The notes below the pieces were generated by a model, which saw only the letters and a list, made by a program, of their open reading frames with translations, searched no databases and was not told the DNA's origin. From the NCBI RefSeq assembly GCF_036321535.1, contig NC_087436.1, forward strand, positions 28,894,001 through 28,958,000: a stretch of 64,000 nt of DNA. The letters are read 5' to 3'. Position 1 is the stretch's first letter. Each line of letters opens with the position of its first letter. Source of the stretch: Camelus dromedarius. Its lineage: Eukaryota. The translations under genes were made by a program, and so were the position numbers. Of this stretch, positions 1 to 13,289 are shown piece by piece.

Positions 1-689
1 TTTAGACTAGTAATCTTCTCTATCGATTTTGATTTTTATATTATCTTAAATCCAGAGAGAATTTATTTCATTCTAAAAACATAGATTAAAATAACCAAAT
101 AATTCTCTATCTCATTAGTTGCTACCAAGAAGCTCTCCAAACACTTGCAAAAATTTTTGAGTACAGGTAGGAGACAAAGAGTAAGGGATAAGAAGAATAT
201 AAATTGAAATTTTATCAATTTGTTATGTTATAATCTATTCTGCTCATCATTCTGAAATATTATCTTTTATCTTTATCTTAAATAATGTATCATATATATA
301 AAGTCATAAATAATAGTAAAACATTATTCTGTTTGTAACATTAAATGTTATATATAACATTATATTAATATATATATATAAAATATTGACATACCACTTT
401 ATAGATTGCAAATGTTTTTACCAAATTTAATCTACACAACAACGATGTGAGAGAGGCTTTGTCATTAAATTGCCTTTAATAGTTTGTGCAAAAGCTTCTT
501 AACTCCTCTGGGCCTTTGTTTCCTTATTATTAAAGGAGGGAAGTATACTAAACGATTTCCAAGCTTCATTCTAGCCAAAAAAATAATTAATTTTAAATAA
601 AGATGGCAAGTGCCATAGACTAATAGTCTATCTCCAAAGTAGTTTTCTTTTCTTGTCACACAGCTACAGGTGGTATTATGCACTATGAT

Positions 690-1680
690 TTGCTTTAAAC
701 ATCTTTAAACATGTATATATCACATGCCATAAAAATTTACCAATAAAAAGTGTACGTTCAGTGGCTTTTATTATAGTCACTGTGTTGTGTAACCACGTCA
801 CAATGTAAGTTGAGAATATTTTATCACCACCCTCCACAAACCCCATGCCTATTAGCCATCCCTTCCCACACTCACACCCAGCCCTAGGCAACCAGTAATC
901 TTTCTCTTTATATAGATTTGCCTATTCTGGGCATTTTATATACCTGGAATTATATAATACGTGGTCTTCTGTGACTGGCTGCTTTCACTTAGTATGTTTT
1001 CCAGGTCATTCATCTTGTAGCATGTTATGAGTACATCATTCCCTTCTATTGTTAAATAATATCTACTTTTATGGATGTACATTACCTTTGCTTATTCATC
1101 AGTTGATGGACAAATTATTTGTCTCTCTTATGAATAATCCTGCTATGAATATTTGTGAGCAAGTTTTTGAGTTGAACATATATTTTCATTTCTCTTGAAT
1201 ACAGAATTATTGTGCTATATGTTAACTCTACGCCTACTGTTTTTAGGAACTGCCGAACTGTTTTCCATAGAAGGTGCAGTGAGAGTGTTCTGGTCTCTCC
1301 GCTTTCTCACCAATGCTTGCTATTTTCTGTCTTTTTTGTTATTATTATTATAGCTATCTTAGTGGGTATTAAATGGTATCTCATTCTGGTTTTGACTCTT
1401 TCCCAGATGACAAATGATGATATGTTTTCATGTGCTTGTTGATCATTTATGTGTCTTCCTTGGAGAAATGTCTGTACACATCTTTTCCCCACTTATTATT
1501 TGGATTATTTGTCTTTTTATTGTTGAGTCGTACAGTTTATATATTTTAGATACAAATATTTTATTAGATATATAATTTGCAAATATTTCCTCCAACTATG
1601 GGTTGTCTTTGTGGTTTTTTTTTTGATGGTGTTATTTACATCATTTTAAATTCATTGTAGTCCAAATGATCTATCTGACT
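690..1680 (-). mobile_element. LINE-1 3' end (L1MB/L1MA-like), degenerate ORF2 C-terminus plus 3' UTR
   Basis: Antisense L1 3' motifs such as ctaggcaaccagtaatct...atttgcctattctgggcatttt and gtggtcttctgtgactggc. ORF 1307-1492 contains MRYHLIPTKIAII, matching L1 ORF2 [13 protein letters not shown]. Confidence 0.9.
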
Positions 1681-3550
1681 TCCTTCAGTATTTTCTCTTT
1701 GTCTTTGATTTTTCTGCCGTTTGACTATCATATGCATAGGTATAAATTTGGGGGTATTTATCTTGTGATCACTGAGCTTCCTGTATCTGTGGTTTGATTT
1801 CTGTTATTGAATTTGGAAGATTCTCAGCCATTTTACCTCAAGTATCTTGTTTGTTTGTTTGCTTCTTTTTACTCTTTCTGATATTCCCATTAAGCATATG
1901 CTACACGTTTTTGAAATTGTTCAGCACTTTTTGGATACTCGGTTCTCTCTCTCTCTTTTTGTCCCTGCTTTTTAGTTTGGGATGTTTCTGTTGACATAGC
2001 ATCAAGGTTACTAATTCTTTTCACACTATTTCTAGACTCCTGAAGATCCTACCAAAAGCATTCTTCATTTCTTTTACAGTGTTTTGGGTTTTTTTTTACC
2101 ATTTTTTTCTGATTCTTCTATAGAGTTGCTTACACTACCTGTCTCTTCTTGAATGTTGTCCATTTTTTACATTAGAGTCCTTAGAATAGTAATCATAGTT
2201 ATTTCAAATTCCTAGTCCAATAATTCCAAAATCTGGACCATATCTGGTTATAGTTTTGTCACTTGCATTGTCTCTTCAGATTGTGCCTTTTGCCTTTTAG
2301 CATGCATTGAAAATTTTGTTGAAAGCTGGACATGCTGTGTCAGGGTATCAGGTACGAAGACTGAGCTAAATAGGTCCTATTGATGAACTGTGGGGAAGAG
2401 AGGAAGCATTCCATAAATCTATGATTAGGTCTCAGTCTTTCAGTGGGTCTGTAACCCTGGGCTTTGACCTTCATGATGTTACTGAGTCCAAGCTCATACT
2501 TCTGGCCACACGTCGGGCCAATAAATCAAGGGACGAGCTGTCGGAGCAAGGAATAATGACTTTATTTAGAAAGCCAGCTGACCAAAAGAATGATGGACTT
2601 GTGCCACAAAAAGCCATCTTACCCACGTTTGGATGCTAGGTTCTTTTATAAAGCAAAAGGGGGAGGGAGGCAATGAGGTAAAGTAAAAAAGGTGGTAAGT
2701 TGTTGCAAATATTTCCTGGTTCTAGCCAGACTCTGGAGGGAAGGTGTTAATTTCTTCCTGCAGCCAATCATAGGTAGACTTGGCAGGATGCTCCCTGTGA
2801 GCTTAAACAAAGGTCTTTTAGCTTCATGCTCAGACATAGGAGTCAGAGTTCCTGGAGATGGGCCATTATGTATTCTTTAAGCTATGGGTAACATCCCTTG
2901 AGTGATTAACTGTAGCAAAAGCAATAGAATACAAAGGTTAAAGTAAAAGAAACATCTAATATGGAGTCAGATTTGTTCTTCCCTATTATAATAAGTGCTT
3001 CTCACCTTTTTTTTTTTCCAGCACTTTAAGTAAGAACAGAAGCCCAGTCGTGGCTGGAGTTGGGTATTTCCCTTACTCTCTGGTTGGTTAGGCTCTGGTA
3101 AATAGTTTCTCCTTTGTTAAAGAGAGCAGAGAGCTCTGGGCTACTGCAAAATCGTTACTTTTCCCATTACCTTGCCAGAAGCAAGAGGAGGTTTTCTTTG
3201 ATCTTCACCTTGAGAACCTGGTAAGGCTCCTGGTAGTAAAACTGGCAAAATTACAGGACATCCCCTAAGGCTCAGCCTCCAGAAACCTTTATCTCTCAAG
3301 CTAGTGTACAGCTAGTCTCCAGCAACTAGTTATTTATCTTTTAAGTGTTCCTTTTTATTTCTATCTCTAGCAATATTTTCTGCTCCTGGTAAACCATGCT
3401 TCTCAGTATCGACCTGTCTCTCCAGTTTTTGGAGCCTCCAGTTTGCTCTACAACCTCAACAACTAAGAACAGTTGTTGATTTCAGTTTGCTCAGAATTTT
3501 TCTTATTGTGAGAACAAAACTGAAGATTTCCAGGCTCTTTACATGTTACA
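1680..3550 (-). mobile_element. Old LINE-1 (L1M) ORF1/5' region, interrupted by the LTR at 2477-2990
   Basis: Antisense L1M ORF1/5' motifs (gaatttggaagattctcagccatt; atagtaatcatagttatttcaaattcc). The sequence ctttgaccttc|ataagtgcttctca reads through across the LTR. Confidence 0.75.
2477..2990 (-). mobile_element. Solo ERV1 LTR, MER41-like laurasiatherian family
   Basis: Begins TGTTACTGAGTCCAAGCTC and ends GATTTGTTCTTCCCTATTATA (TG...CA terminus with one change). 4-bp TSD atga/ataa. AATAAA on the minus strand (tttatt near 2561). Resembles the MER41-type consensus as I recall it. Confidence 0.8.
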
Positions 3551-6500
3551 AATCTCTAAATGATGACATGTTGTGAGTTCTTTCTGTGTTGGCTGTTTGC
3601 AAGTGATTTACACATTTGAGTGGCCAAGAGCCGTATATAAGGACACAAAGGTTTTCGCTTTACGGTGAAGAGCAGTATTATACAGGGTGTACATTTGTTT
3701 GTGGTCAGTAGAGATCATCATCGGCAGATTGCTCAAAACCTATATTTCTCCTCCCACAAAGATGGTGTGTCCTTATGTTCTCTAATTATTCTCTGCTCCA
3801 TTGCTACTCTATAGTCTGAGTGCCAAATGCTATCCACAGAAGGGCTCATGCCCAGGGTATGTATTCAATTCCATTCCTCTAAATAAAGAATATTTACTTT
3901 CGTCCTTGAAAGTACTCACTCTGATATGAAACTCCAGGAGACCAGTCAGTTTCTTCCCGCACCTGGTTTGACCATCCTTTACGTGACAGGCCTGCCTCAT
4001 GTACTGAGACTCACTCTTACGGGTGACTTTTAGATTTGCCTAAACTAGAATTTGTGTTTCTGGATTTTTTTCTTCCTTTTTGGAGGAGGATTAAAGAAAA
4101 AGACAGCAGGCTTCCTTTTATAAAGTTTCTCACCACCATAGTTATTATTTCTTTGTTTAGACTCAGAAATATCAAAACTCATTACTGCATGGGTGTCTCT
4201 TTATTAAGTAGATACTACAATATTATTGTATTATGATGAGCTGTTGTGGATATGATAATAAAGGGTAAATTCAGACATCTGTGAGTAGGAGGTATCAACT
4301 GAAACTGGAGTCATTTTTAGTGGGGAATATGAAATTTGGAGGACTTTTGAGACATAATAGTAACTACCTCTAGAAATAAAATTGTAATCTCTAAAATAAA
4401 AGATAACTGTGATCTGGTTCAAAACCTATGCTCCACAAGACAGATTTAAATATATATATATTTCTTTTTATCCTTCTGAAATGTTTAAATTGTTATTTGG
4501 AAAATTCCATTATGTCTCATCTGCACGAAAAAATTAAAGGGGGCAGAATTTTGATGTTGATTTGTCCAGAGCACTGATGAACACAATTATGCACCTTTGA
4601 AAGCCAAATGTTGATGTCTGTGACAAGTGAAGGAAGCTGTAATTCTGTACCACAGAATGTGGGCCACTGGATCACTTGCCCCCTTCTCCCTACCAACAAC
4701 CTGGAAGCTACACCTTATAGCATCCAACCTTTGTAGTCTGAGTTTCAACAACCCAGACACTCTCCAAACTGAAAAGAAAATGTACAGAAAAAGATATTTA
4801 TAAAACTTCACAAAACATGGCTCACGAACCATTTTTGTTAGAATCCCACGAGCTCTTTTAAACGTACCGAGTTCCATATCCTATTTTAGATCTAGTATAT
4901 GAGATCTTTTGTCTTGAGATCTGAGAAATGGCATTTAAAAAGAATTCTAACTTAGAACCTTGGCATCCTAAAGTACCTTCATCTGCTAAAAAAAAAAAAA
5001 AGATTTGAAGTTTAGGGATGATTCTACACAATTATCCTTCTTTAGATATTGAGTGTCATTCTTTCAAAGTGTAATGGTACAGAATGTTTTGGTACAACCT
5101 GTTGACTAACAAAACTATCTCTAATATAGTTATATTTTATGAACTATTGTGAAATATTTTAGAAAATTTCACAGGAGGATGATGTATGTAATTTTAGGCA
5201 GTTTTCTACATCTAGAATAACTTGTCTACATGGTAAGAAATCTACACTTATTTGATAACTCTGAAATAGAGGCTTTTTATAATTCTTGAGCAAGATCTAC
5301 AAAATTAGCTTTCTCTTTTAGGTATGTTGTAGTTCCTAAACTCATATTTACACATAATCTGCTAAGTTATCACTGCATCGTATTGAATGCTTAGATATTA
5401 AATACTTATTTCAGAGATGAGGGAGAGAGTATTTGGCAAGAGAGGGAGAAACAAGACAACTCCATTATCACTTGATAGAATCTGTTGTATTTTACTAAGA
5501 TTCAAACTAATAAATATTTTGGATAATTATCTTTGTTCTTCTGATACTGTGCCAACTTCTGTCATAGGTAAGCTCCTTCTCGTTTGGCTGTAGATGTAGT
5601 ATAGGTGATGGCAATGGTCTTGGCCACCATCTTTATAAATTAGTGGTAAAAGGAGCCAAGGAAGTAAATGCCAGAACAAAACAAGAAAAAAATTAATGAA
5701 TGAAACAGGTAACACTCTGAAATCCCAGGTTGTAAATTGCATCAGCCCAGTGCACTTACTAGCCCACATCTGAACAAATATAAATAATCTTGACAGCTTT
5801 TATTCTGTTCATTGGAAAAATATTGGATCATATGGACAGTTATATTCTTGCGGATCGGGTGACCAGTTTCATAACCTCTGAAGTTGTCCGAGCGTTTTCA
5901 TCCTGTGCATATAAGATGTATTTTCCCAATTATCTTCCTTGGCTAAAACACGGTGTTGGTGGTTTTTGTTTTGGGGTTTTTTTTAGTATAGAGGGAAACA
6001 AAGGCATGAACTTACTAGAGCTGGACTGACAAAGGCATAATAAACATCTAAGTAGGCTTTCATACCTAATTAATCTACTACTTGTATAGATTCCGAGTTT
6101 ATTTCTGCCCACTTAAGACCCATCTACTTCCCCCAGAGCATATGAGAAATGGCATTTAAAAAGAATTCTAATTTAGAATCTTGCAACATATGCTCAAACG
6201 GAAATACAGTGAACATCTTTCTATGATAACAATGAATTTTCCTATATATTGACCTTTTTACTCCATGATATTTCAAGTGAAGGTCACTGGTCTTCAACCA
6301 AGGACACAGGATAAGCAGAAAAGAGCATGAGCAGTACAGAAAGGATAAGCCATGTAATTTGAATCAGCCTGCTGAGAATGCATGACAAATATGTATACAT
6401 AAAATATGACCAACTGAACATCTGTGTTTTTCATGATCGAATTCCAAATGGATATGACATTATTTTGTAATATTTAGATTAAATTATATTTTGATAATAT

Positions 6501-8099
6501 TTTGAGTAAAATATATCCATATAGAGAAAAAATAGAAGTATAAACTACACATGTTTTTATCAATGGGTAAGAATCCTTATTCTAAGTTATTTAATTTTTT
6601 CTTAATTAAAGCTAAAATTCTACTGAGAAAGAGGTAACATATACTTCATTCTTATGTACTCTCAATATCTTCATACGACTATATTGATTTGAACTTTTAT
6701 TTCAGTATCGTATTCGAACTAAGTAGATACTTATACTGTTTTATTGGTTATATATTTTTCTAATAATTAAGAAATTGGTATAAAATAACAGGCAACATAC
6801 TTTTTTCTCTCTCAAACACATAAAATCTTAATGATTATAGCCTGGTTTCTGAATGTCTTTCAATTGCTTTTAACCAATTGCTACTTCCTTATCCTATAAA
6901 TTATCCTTATTGAATAGACTTTCATTTAATTAAATTAAGATACACTTTGTTCTTTATTTTGAAAGTCTGCACAAGTACAGCTTCCTGGTAACTGCTTATG
7001 ATTTCTTTTGGAATATTCAAACGACTCATCATGTTCCTGTTAAGAAAAGGTTTGCTAAAAAAAAATGTAATTCAAAAGAGCCATACTAATTAATAGTCAT
7101 TGGTATTGACATAGCTTCTGCTTCAGCAATCCTGCATAGAAATGAAATTAAAATCATAAAAACAGAAAAAGACATGCAGATGCATTACGGAAAGCAACAC
7201 ACAGGAACCAGAGCAATTGACAATCAGCTTTAATTACCTTCTCATTTTTCTCTTTTATGCACAATCAACAATGCTGTCCTTTTCTTTTATTTACTCTGCC
7301 ATTTATATCAGTGTTAACCAAAATCTCACCAAAGTACTTTTCCTTTACCTTATATTTCATATCCTCAATTTTTCTGAAGTTATTTACAATTATGAAAGCT
7401 TATAAAGAGTCCTTCAGCAATCTAATTGTTTTTGTTTAGACTGTTATAAATGAAGAAAATAATTTATTAAAATAGTCTTTTATCTTTTTTTCTGTGTGTG
7501 TGTTTGTAGTTTAATATATATATTGAATCTGGCAACTGAATCAAAACTTTATGCAATTGTTATGTTAATAGATATAAGGGTTTAGAACAGAGAATTAATA
7601 TGTAAGAACAGTGTTTGCATTAAGTGGAATAGAAGATACGTAAACTTGACAATGTATCCACAGAACTGCCTGACGGGAAGAAGGCGATTTACTAACATTG
7701 GTTATAAAGGTAGGTTATGAAGTAGTTCTTAAATATTTTATTTTAATAAAAAGTATATTTTAATTAATAAAGCTAAATAAAATAAATTATTATATCCCTA
7801 TTCCATTACCTCTTTTCAATTTTCCATGTGCATTTCAAAAAACACTGCATAGTTTATCTAGATGCAAAGTTCATTATATATTCATAGAATTTACCTTATT
7901 AGTTGAGTCATTTGTATATTTTAAGCTTGTAAGTGCTTACATAGAGTTTAACCATCTCACTTGTCTTGGTCTGAAAGTGATATGTTCACATCACCGATCT
8001 TTACTGCCCTTCTGTTAACTCCTTGTCATTCCTGGCAATGGTGTTTTTTAAGATGGCTTCTCTCTTATTTGTTTCGTGGATATTTATGACTGTTACATG

Positions 8100-8560
8100 T
8101 TAATTATGGAAATTGTATTACTATATTATGTAGTGCCTTTAGTTTTGTTGATTTTGTTTTTCTGTGCATTTTACCTTTTCAAATATCAATCTCAATTTCT
8201 CTTTGTCTTGTATTTGCGTGGTGTAACTCCATCCCTCCTTTAATTCAGTATCTTTTTCTTTTAGGTATATATCTTCTGCACACATAGAAAGGTTTTTATT
8301 TGCAAGCCATTCTGAAAAGATTTGTCTTTTAAAAGAGGAATAATCCCATTTACATTTAGAGGTATAACTTAGTATGTTTGGTCTTGTGTCTGCCATCATT
8401 TAATTTCGTATTTCCTTTGTTGTGTTTTATGCGGTGTTTTTCACACACCTGGTCTCTTTTTATTGATATTTTTATTTGTATTATTTTGTATGTATTTGTT
8501 TAGGCACTATGGAAACTTTATAATTCTTTTCTAGTGGTTACCTTTCTCCTAATCTTTTGA
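8100..8560 (-). mobile_element. Degenerate L1 ORF2 endonuclease N-terminus
   Basis: ORF 8139-8399 (MADTRPNI...FKRQIFSEW...YLKEKDTELK..GW) aligns by eye to the start of L1 ORF2 (MADLNPNISIITLNVNGLNSPIKRQRLSEW...HLKYKDTERLKVKGW). Confidence 0.8.
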
Positions 8561-8619
8561 AGAGTATTTTCCATGGTGTTTCTGCATGTCTGTTTAAGTT
8601 TTTGTTATTGACACTCTTT

Positions 8620-9025
8620 TTAGGACATCTGTATTGCAAATAGTGTTGGAAGATTGAGAGAGTGGCTTCCTTCAGAGAAAAGGGTATATTTGTTTCCTGA
8701 CCCAGACAATAAAGATAATGACTCCTTCTGTAGCAAAATTTGGGCAGGTTTTATAACAGCCCAAGTTAAAAAATTGAAGTTGCCTAAATTTGGGGTTCTT
8801 TAGCTGTGATGTGAACCTACCGTGTGTGCAGCATCCACCTGTCCCCTTCTCAGCATCACCCCCTTGGGACCTGGGGAGTAAGGGAGGTGACGGAAATGAG
8901 AAGCTCCTTCTGCCTGATCCCATAATCCTGTCCTTTGTCACTCAGGAGTCTCTTGTCTCCTGCCAGCTTCTAGGAAACTGACAGGCTAACTCGTTAGCTT
9001 GCAAGTAGGATAAGGTTTCAAGTCT
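8620..9025 (+). mobile_element. ERVL-class LTR fragment (MER77/MER21-group-like)
   Basis: Motifs tttggggttctttagctgtgatgtgaacc, caggagtctcttgtctcctgccagc and terminal ggctaactcgttagcttgcaagtaggataa. Subfamily assigned from memory. Confidence 0.65.
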
Positions 9026-11212
9026 TTCATATTTCTTGCCATTATGACATTCATTTCCTTTCAGTCACCTTAGCATTACTTCCACTCAGTTTGTCATTTC
9101 ATAAATATCTTTTGCCTCCTGCCTATTATTACCTATATGCAATGGATGGGCTCACTCTGCCTTCCCCTTTCTCTCTTCATTCTTCTATAATTTATATCAT
9201 TATTTTTTTTCTTTGTCAGGTCATATAACATTTTATAAGTCTTCCATTTTTATCCTGTCTTAGATTATGGTCAGAAATGTTCAATTCTCACCAACTGTAC
9301 TTTTGCCCAAATAGGACTAAGTAAGCCCATATAGGATGGTGAGGAAAAAAACGGGGGATAAATCTAAAACAACACATAGCCTAAGGATGATTTGGTGGAC
9401 TTTCTGAAATGTGGATCTGGGAAGATGCTACTGAATTCTTTAAACGTATGAGGCCAAAAAAGTAAAAAGTAGTGAAAAGTAGGTTACAATAAAAAATAAA
9501 TCTAAAAAAAATTTTTAAATAGTATTTCTTACTTAAGCCAGTAAGTACCAAAATACCCTTTTCCCCTACCACGTATATCCTTGAATCACAGCGTCACTCA
9601 AGTCATGGCGACAAGATGACGTATCTAAACAGTCAGAGGTTTGAAAACTGCATTCCTTCTTGTCTTTGGACCCAAAATTAGTTCAAAAAGCTAGCACAAT
9701 GGATAAGGGCAGAGGCAAAGGTAAGTGTTTCAGGTCCTTCATGCTGTCAACCCCATTTCTTCCTGATCACCTGCCTTTTCACCTGAGTTATATATGATGG
9801 AGTCCTCAGAATTTTAAATATGAACTAAAAGTTTAATGTCCTCAGACAGCTTGACATTTAAAGAAACAATCTAAAAAGGCTAAAAAAAAAATTAAGAAAC
9901 TTGATTTCTTTTTTTGAAAATTTATAAAAATTTAAATTACTTATCTCAGCAATGCCTAGTCAGCCCCCTTCACTCTTATCTCCAATTACTCTGCACCCTC
10001 TTTTGGTAGATTAGAGGGAACCAAAATATAAGAGAGAGAGCTTTGCTCCTGGATGGAATAGGTATGATTATTGAAAATTAATTGCAGTAAAATTTCATCC
10101 TTTTTAATAAGACCATGAAGATGAACAAGAAAACATGCACATTAGGCCATTCTACACTTTCACAGAAAGAGTAATATATAAACTCCATCTCACAGAAATC
10201 AGAAACTACGCTTTCCTTCTACAACCAATAATAAGCACCTCTAGAGTTAGAATGTTTGAATGCTTGAACATATTTGCTTCAACTTGATTTGCTATTTTAA
10301 GCCAGGATGGAAATAAATTATTGTATTTCATATGCCTAATTTATTAATTTCACTACCGAGAAAGTAAGTGGGAAACCTTAACACACCCTGTCTCTGTTTG
10401 TTCACTTCCACCAACTGCAGCACTGTGACTTCTAATCGCATCTCAGGCTGCCTGCTCTGGGCCCAAGCCTGCTGTTTCCCTTCATCAGAGAAAGAGATGT
10501 CATTCATCATTACGTGAGGTGGAGCTGGAGTCAAAAGATTTCCAAATAAATCCGGAATGGCAGTCAGTTAGTCATTACTTTCACAGCTTGTCCATACATC
10601 TCTAGTTAAGTGAATGTTTATACACTTACCCTCCCTAAAGGCCTACCAGTAACTTCGGGAAACATGGTGACATAGAGCCGTGCCACAGCTCTGTTGCAAA
10701 CTCTGTCTCCAATGGCAGTTAATCAAAGGATGCCATGAGCTCAACAAAACCTCTACTAACACAATACAGTGAATATCTGCTGTGAATGTTTCTGCTATAA
10801 ATCTTGTGAATGCCTTTTGCTTTAGCAGACAAACTATTAATGAATTCAACTCGCAGTCAGGAGAACACAAGCAAAGCAGCATATTTCACGATGGCTTTCC
10901 AATCAGACTCTGAAGCAACAATTATTATATTTTTGAATATTACATTACATATGGAATATCATGTTAACCCAATATTTGATGAGAAGCAGAGAGTTACATA
11001 AATATCAGCCATCAGATACCAGAAACAGTCATAATTTGAAGCCATAGCAGAAAAATAAATGTATGTATATAACTTCCTTTAGCTTAATGACAATTACTTT
11101 TGTCCTTCTGGAATACAGTAAAAATTAATTCCTCGCTGTGGCTAACAAACTACAACCAATTAATACTATTTCATTTCTTTTGATGTTAGTTATACTGTAC
11201 CTTACTATGCTA

Positions 11213-11215
<3 letters not shown>

Positions 11216-11256
<41 letters not shown>
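11216..11256. repeat. (TA)20 microsatellite
   Basis: Perfect TA run seen directly. Confidence 0.98.
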
Positions 11257-11260
<4 letters not shown>

Positions 11261-13289
11261 TTTCATTACTAATAATTGATTGGAGAATAATGATGTTAGT
11301 AGTTCTAAATGCTAAATTCAAGATGTCACTTTAAAATATAAATTAAAAGTTATTATAGCTACCATAATGATTTATGCAGCACATCCTAAGATGAATAGTT
11401 TGTGGTTGGCAGCAACAACTGTGCTAGAGCAATCAGATATTATTCATAAGGGACACGTCATAAAGAAGTACAGTTTCAAGCAAATTGCGCTGCTACTCTT
11501 CTTTCTCTCTTTTTTATTTTTAGAAATATTGGAAATATATTAGTTTTTATCTAGAAATATGACTCATTTGGATTTCCCATATCTGTGCTGAGTATGAAGG
11601 CTTCTTAATACACAAGCAACTCATAACTACATTCAAATCTAATGCATAATTCACAAAATAAAGCTAAGTAGTAATTTAATGGCATATGTTATTTGGAACT
11701 GGCAAGATTTGGTTTTGGTATTAGAATATTAAGTTAAATACTCACACAGTATTCACCATTCTTCTCTAAACTCCTTAATTATTTTTTAGTATGGACAGAA
11801 ATACTGCTTACTAATCTGCTCTTGAAATAAAGAACTTGCAGCAAAGAAAAAGTGGCCACTGCATAGGTTAACTTTCTATGCACTTAAAATAAGCAAGTAA
11901 ATAAATACATGGAAATAAAAAAATAAGCATAGCATCTGTGATGTTATTAAAAGTATTAAAATTAATGTTTGAGAAATGCTTAAAACACCTGGCATATGTC
12001 AAGCTTTGTGTCTATATATTATAAATAAATTTTAACATTATGTGAGAATAATTAAATGACTAAAATAAAATCATCACCTTTAAAGACTGCCAAATAGATC
12101 AAGCTATCTAAATCTATATATATAATACTTCAAGTATGCATTCTCCAATTAGGTAAATTGTAATTTTGATGAAAAGTTTATTTTATGTAATTTATTTCCA
12201 ATAAATTAAAAGAAAACCCTGTACAACATAGTAGATTCATAAATATTTAGTAATAACAGAAAAATTATGTCTGTACTAGTTGTGCTTATGTTGTCTAGGA
12301 AGGAAACATCTAAATAATATAACTAAAAAGAGTCACTATAGAAATTCTTCATTTAATTTAGTGCACTACACATTATTCTTAATGTGAAGTGATTCTAGGA
12401 TAATTTCCATCCATGTATGAGCTTATAAAAAATATCATATTTATTTTTAAAGTTAATATTTTCAATCCTTTTATTAATTTTATTCTTAGTTATAGTGTTA
12501 TGATGATAACACAAAAATTCATATGGATATGTTAAAGATATAATGTGTTTCCCAGGAAGGGTATAAATAAATATTATAAATAGTCTTTTTTGTGTGGAAA
12601 AGTGTAAGAGATAGAAAACCCAAATGATGTACATAGGTACTGGTAGAAAGGTGAGTTAGACATCACATAATTCACATTCCAACTTCCCTTTTGTAATACT
12701 TTCACTTACTTAAAAATGCATATTTGAAAGCTATAAATATGGAGGACCTTATGTACCTGTTAATTTTTTTACTGTGTTTAAAGTGATTATTAGTAAAGTG
12801 ATTTGAGGGGAAGATTATTCTGAGGAAATTTATCATTAAAGAATTCTCTTTTAGAATTAACTATTTAAAAATAACTTTCTTATATATTTCTATTTAAAAA
12901 ATTTCTCCTTGTACCATGATAAAATATGAGAAACTGGCAAGTTAAAAAATATCTTTCAGATGGCATGTTAATACTCAATAGTAAGGTAATTTAAGTTCTA
13001 ATACTAAGTACATCACCAGAAAACAAATGTATGTATTTGATCAGTTATGCCTCATGGTATCTAGTTTTTTTCTCAGAGAAATCTAGTTTTATGTGTTTTT
13101 TTCCTACGAACTAACTCATATATGTGAGTTTAATTCAATTAAACTATTAAATATATTGACAAATAGCTTAATAAAAATTAACGTGTGTAATATACCTCTA
13201 TCTGTTATACTTATTTTGCCATGGGAATAAATATTTATGTGCCACAATTGGACTTCTTAATTTAAATAAGGAAGAATCATGTCAGGAAC

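Noticed and set aside
4587..4877. Minus-strand ORF with a good splice acceptor near 4768
   Set aside because: No convincing donor and no recognisable peptide, so support is insufficient.
4922..6183. Direct repeats as a CRISPR-like array
   Set aside because: Only two copies 1.2 kb apart in eukaryotic DNA, with no regular spacers or cas genes.
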